A stretch of DNA of 53,196 bases from Trichinella spiralis (taxonomy: Eukaryota), in contig NW_003526940.1 in the NCBI RefSeq assembly GCF_000181795.1, positions 1,275,527 through 1,328,722 on the forward strand. The letters run 5' to 3'. Below the pieces are notes generated by a model that saw only the letters and a program-made list of their open reading frames with translations, made no database searches and had not been told where the DNA came from. Positions within the stretch are counted from its first letter, which is position 1; each line of letters begins with the position of its first letter. This document shows, one piece after another, positions 51,671 to 53,196 of this stretch. The translations under genes were made by a program, and so were the position numbers.

Positions 51671-53196
51671 GTTCGGCGAATTATTTTTGTTGTTTGTTTT
51701 TTCTTATTTTTTTCTATTTAATTATTAAATAATTTTCACCAGTTTTTTTAATAGGAAGATGTCATGTTGATGTTTGTATTTTATTTTGTTTCACCGGACT
51801 GTCTTGCCGTTGCAATTTGATTATTGGTTATTATTATTATTATTATTTATTATTATGCTTTTTTTCAAACGTTTCTCCTATCCCAAAGACGAGGATTCAT
51901 GGTCAGTCCGTCGTTTATTGTTTTCTCATTTTTTCTCAAAAAAAAGGGATTGGGCGACCGATGCCTTTGTAATATGTCTTTTTCTGCCATTTATTTAAAT
52001 TATTTATTTATTTTTATTTCAAATTTTCAAATAATCGTAATTTTTACACATTGTTAAAGACTGTTATAACTTTCGTTGAATGATGATCGTTTTACCGATA
52101 TTTTCAACTTTTGCACTTTAGCTACGTTTTCGTTAGAAATTAAAGGCTTTATAATATTATTATTCTATTGGCATTCGAATCGATATTTTTGAAGAAAATT
52201 ACATCATGCATCTTATGCAAAAACGCATTGCGAAGTTAAACTGAGCTGGTGCTAAAATCAATTTGAAAAATATTAATTAATTAAGAATAGCAAACTACCA
52301 CCCACAATACTTTACAATATTTAGTATTTTATTGAGATTTTATCTTCATTCGAGGGTTACTTTTGCATAAACATTTCTTCTCTTTATGAAGTGGTAATTA
52401 ATACCTATTTCTCATTAATCATTCGTATTAACTTAATAATAATTATAGTATAAAGTGGAAATCCGTCGTAAAAGTTAAAATACTTGCTCCTTCTTTAAAA
52501 ACAAAATTTAAAATAGTAAAAAACAAACTTGCACATCACAACGTATTTAATAAATATGCAAATATAGCAACAGCTTTTGGAAAACATTTGTAGTGTTTTA
52601 ATTTGATGTTGTCGCTGATTCGTTGAAGCAGTGCGCCAACAAAGAACTGTTTATACGTTATTGCATTTTTATTGAATACGTAACAAAGAACCGTTCATAC
52701 GCCATGGCATGTTGTACATCGGAATGTCATCGTGAGTTGCGGACGTATTGGACCTTTGGAGTAGTATTCACAACGTCGGAATGAACGAAGCTTGGGTTGA
52801 GCACTGGCACTTGATGAAGCCTTGACCGTCAATTGCTGCTCTTCTGACTGCAGTTTGTAGAGGAACTTGGACATTTGAGATATCAGTTGTCGATAACAAG
52901 AAATCCTTTATTGGCTCCAAGTTTGCCGCTGTATGTACTTTGACGCTAATATTCCTTGTCTGCAAGCAACGGTGTGCAGGGCATTGTTGATTTTCAAAAC
53001 AACCACTAGCAAATTTCGTGGGTCTGCTGGACCGCGATCAACTTTCGGTATCTTTAGCGTAGCATATAACTCTTTGTGTGTATTTTTAAAGAACAGAATT
53101 GGAAGGATGCTGCACAGAAGAATATGGCTTTAAAAATAGAGTCTATTAGTTCTCTATCTGTTTCATTAAAATTGGATATTCTCCAGATTCTGGTTT
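49697..53196 (+). repeat. Right copy of the terminal direct repeat (includes the 3' part of the integrase remnant at ~52650-53070)
   Basis: Matches 1-2946 and also supplies the ~580 bp hidden by the N gap in the left copy. Confidence 0.97.

Overview
AT-rich eukaryotic scaffold with short GT-AG introns. Gene and repeat content suggests a nematode, probably Trichinella-like (inference). It is three contigs joined by 10-N gaps at 386-395 and 26175-26184. Protein genes: SARM1/TIR-1 NADase (-, about 9.3-14.7 kb, 5' end unresolved), rps-21 (-), SERAC1 (+), PPWD1/cyn-15 (-) and the PP2A B55 subunit (+). A second, partial B55 copy exists because 1-2946 repeats 49697-53196, so the scaffold is terminally redundant. 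Between 27.8 and 40.2 kb lies a nest of decayed BEL/Pao, Ty3/Gypsy, Tigger/pogo and MULE elements plus a Mutator-type MITE. Best leads: (1) an intronic C/D-box snoRNA candidate (about 4970-5040, -) in an apparently non-coding spliced host, whose D' guide may pair with two 18S sites; (2) TIR-1 with an intact catalytic Glu, an altered NMN/NAD+ pocket, a polyQ/acidic N-terminal extension and a 24-nt microexon; (3) His instead of Trp at the cyclosporin-contact position of PPWD1; (4) the ~50 kb terminal redundancy. Alignments to human proteins and rRNA are from memory and need confirming.
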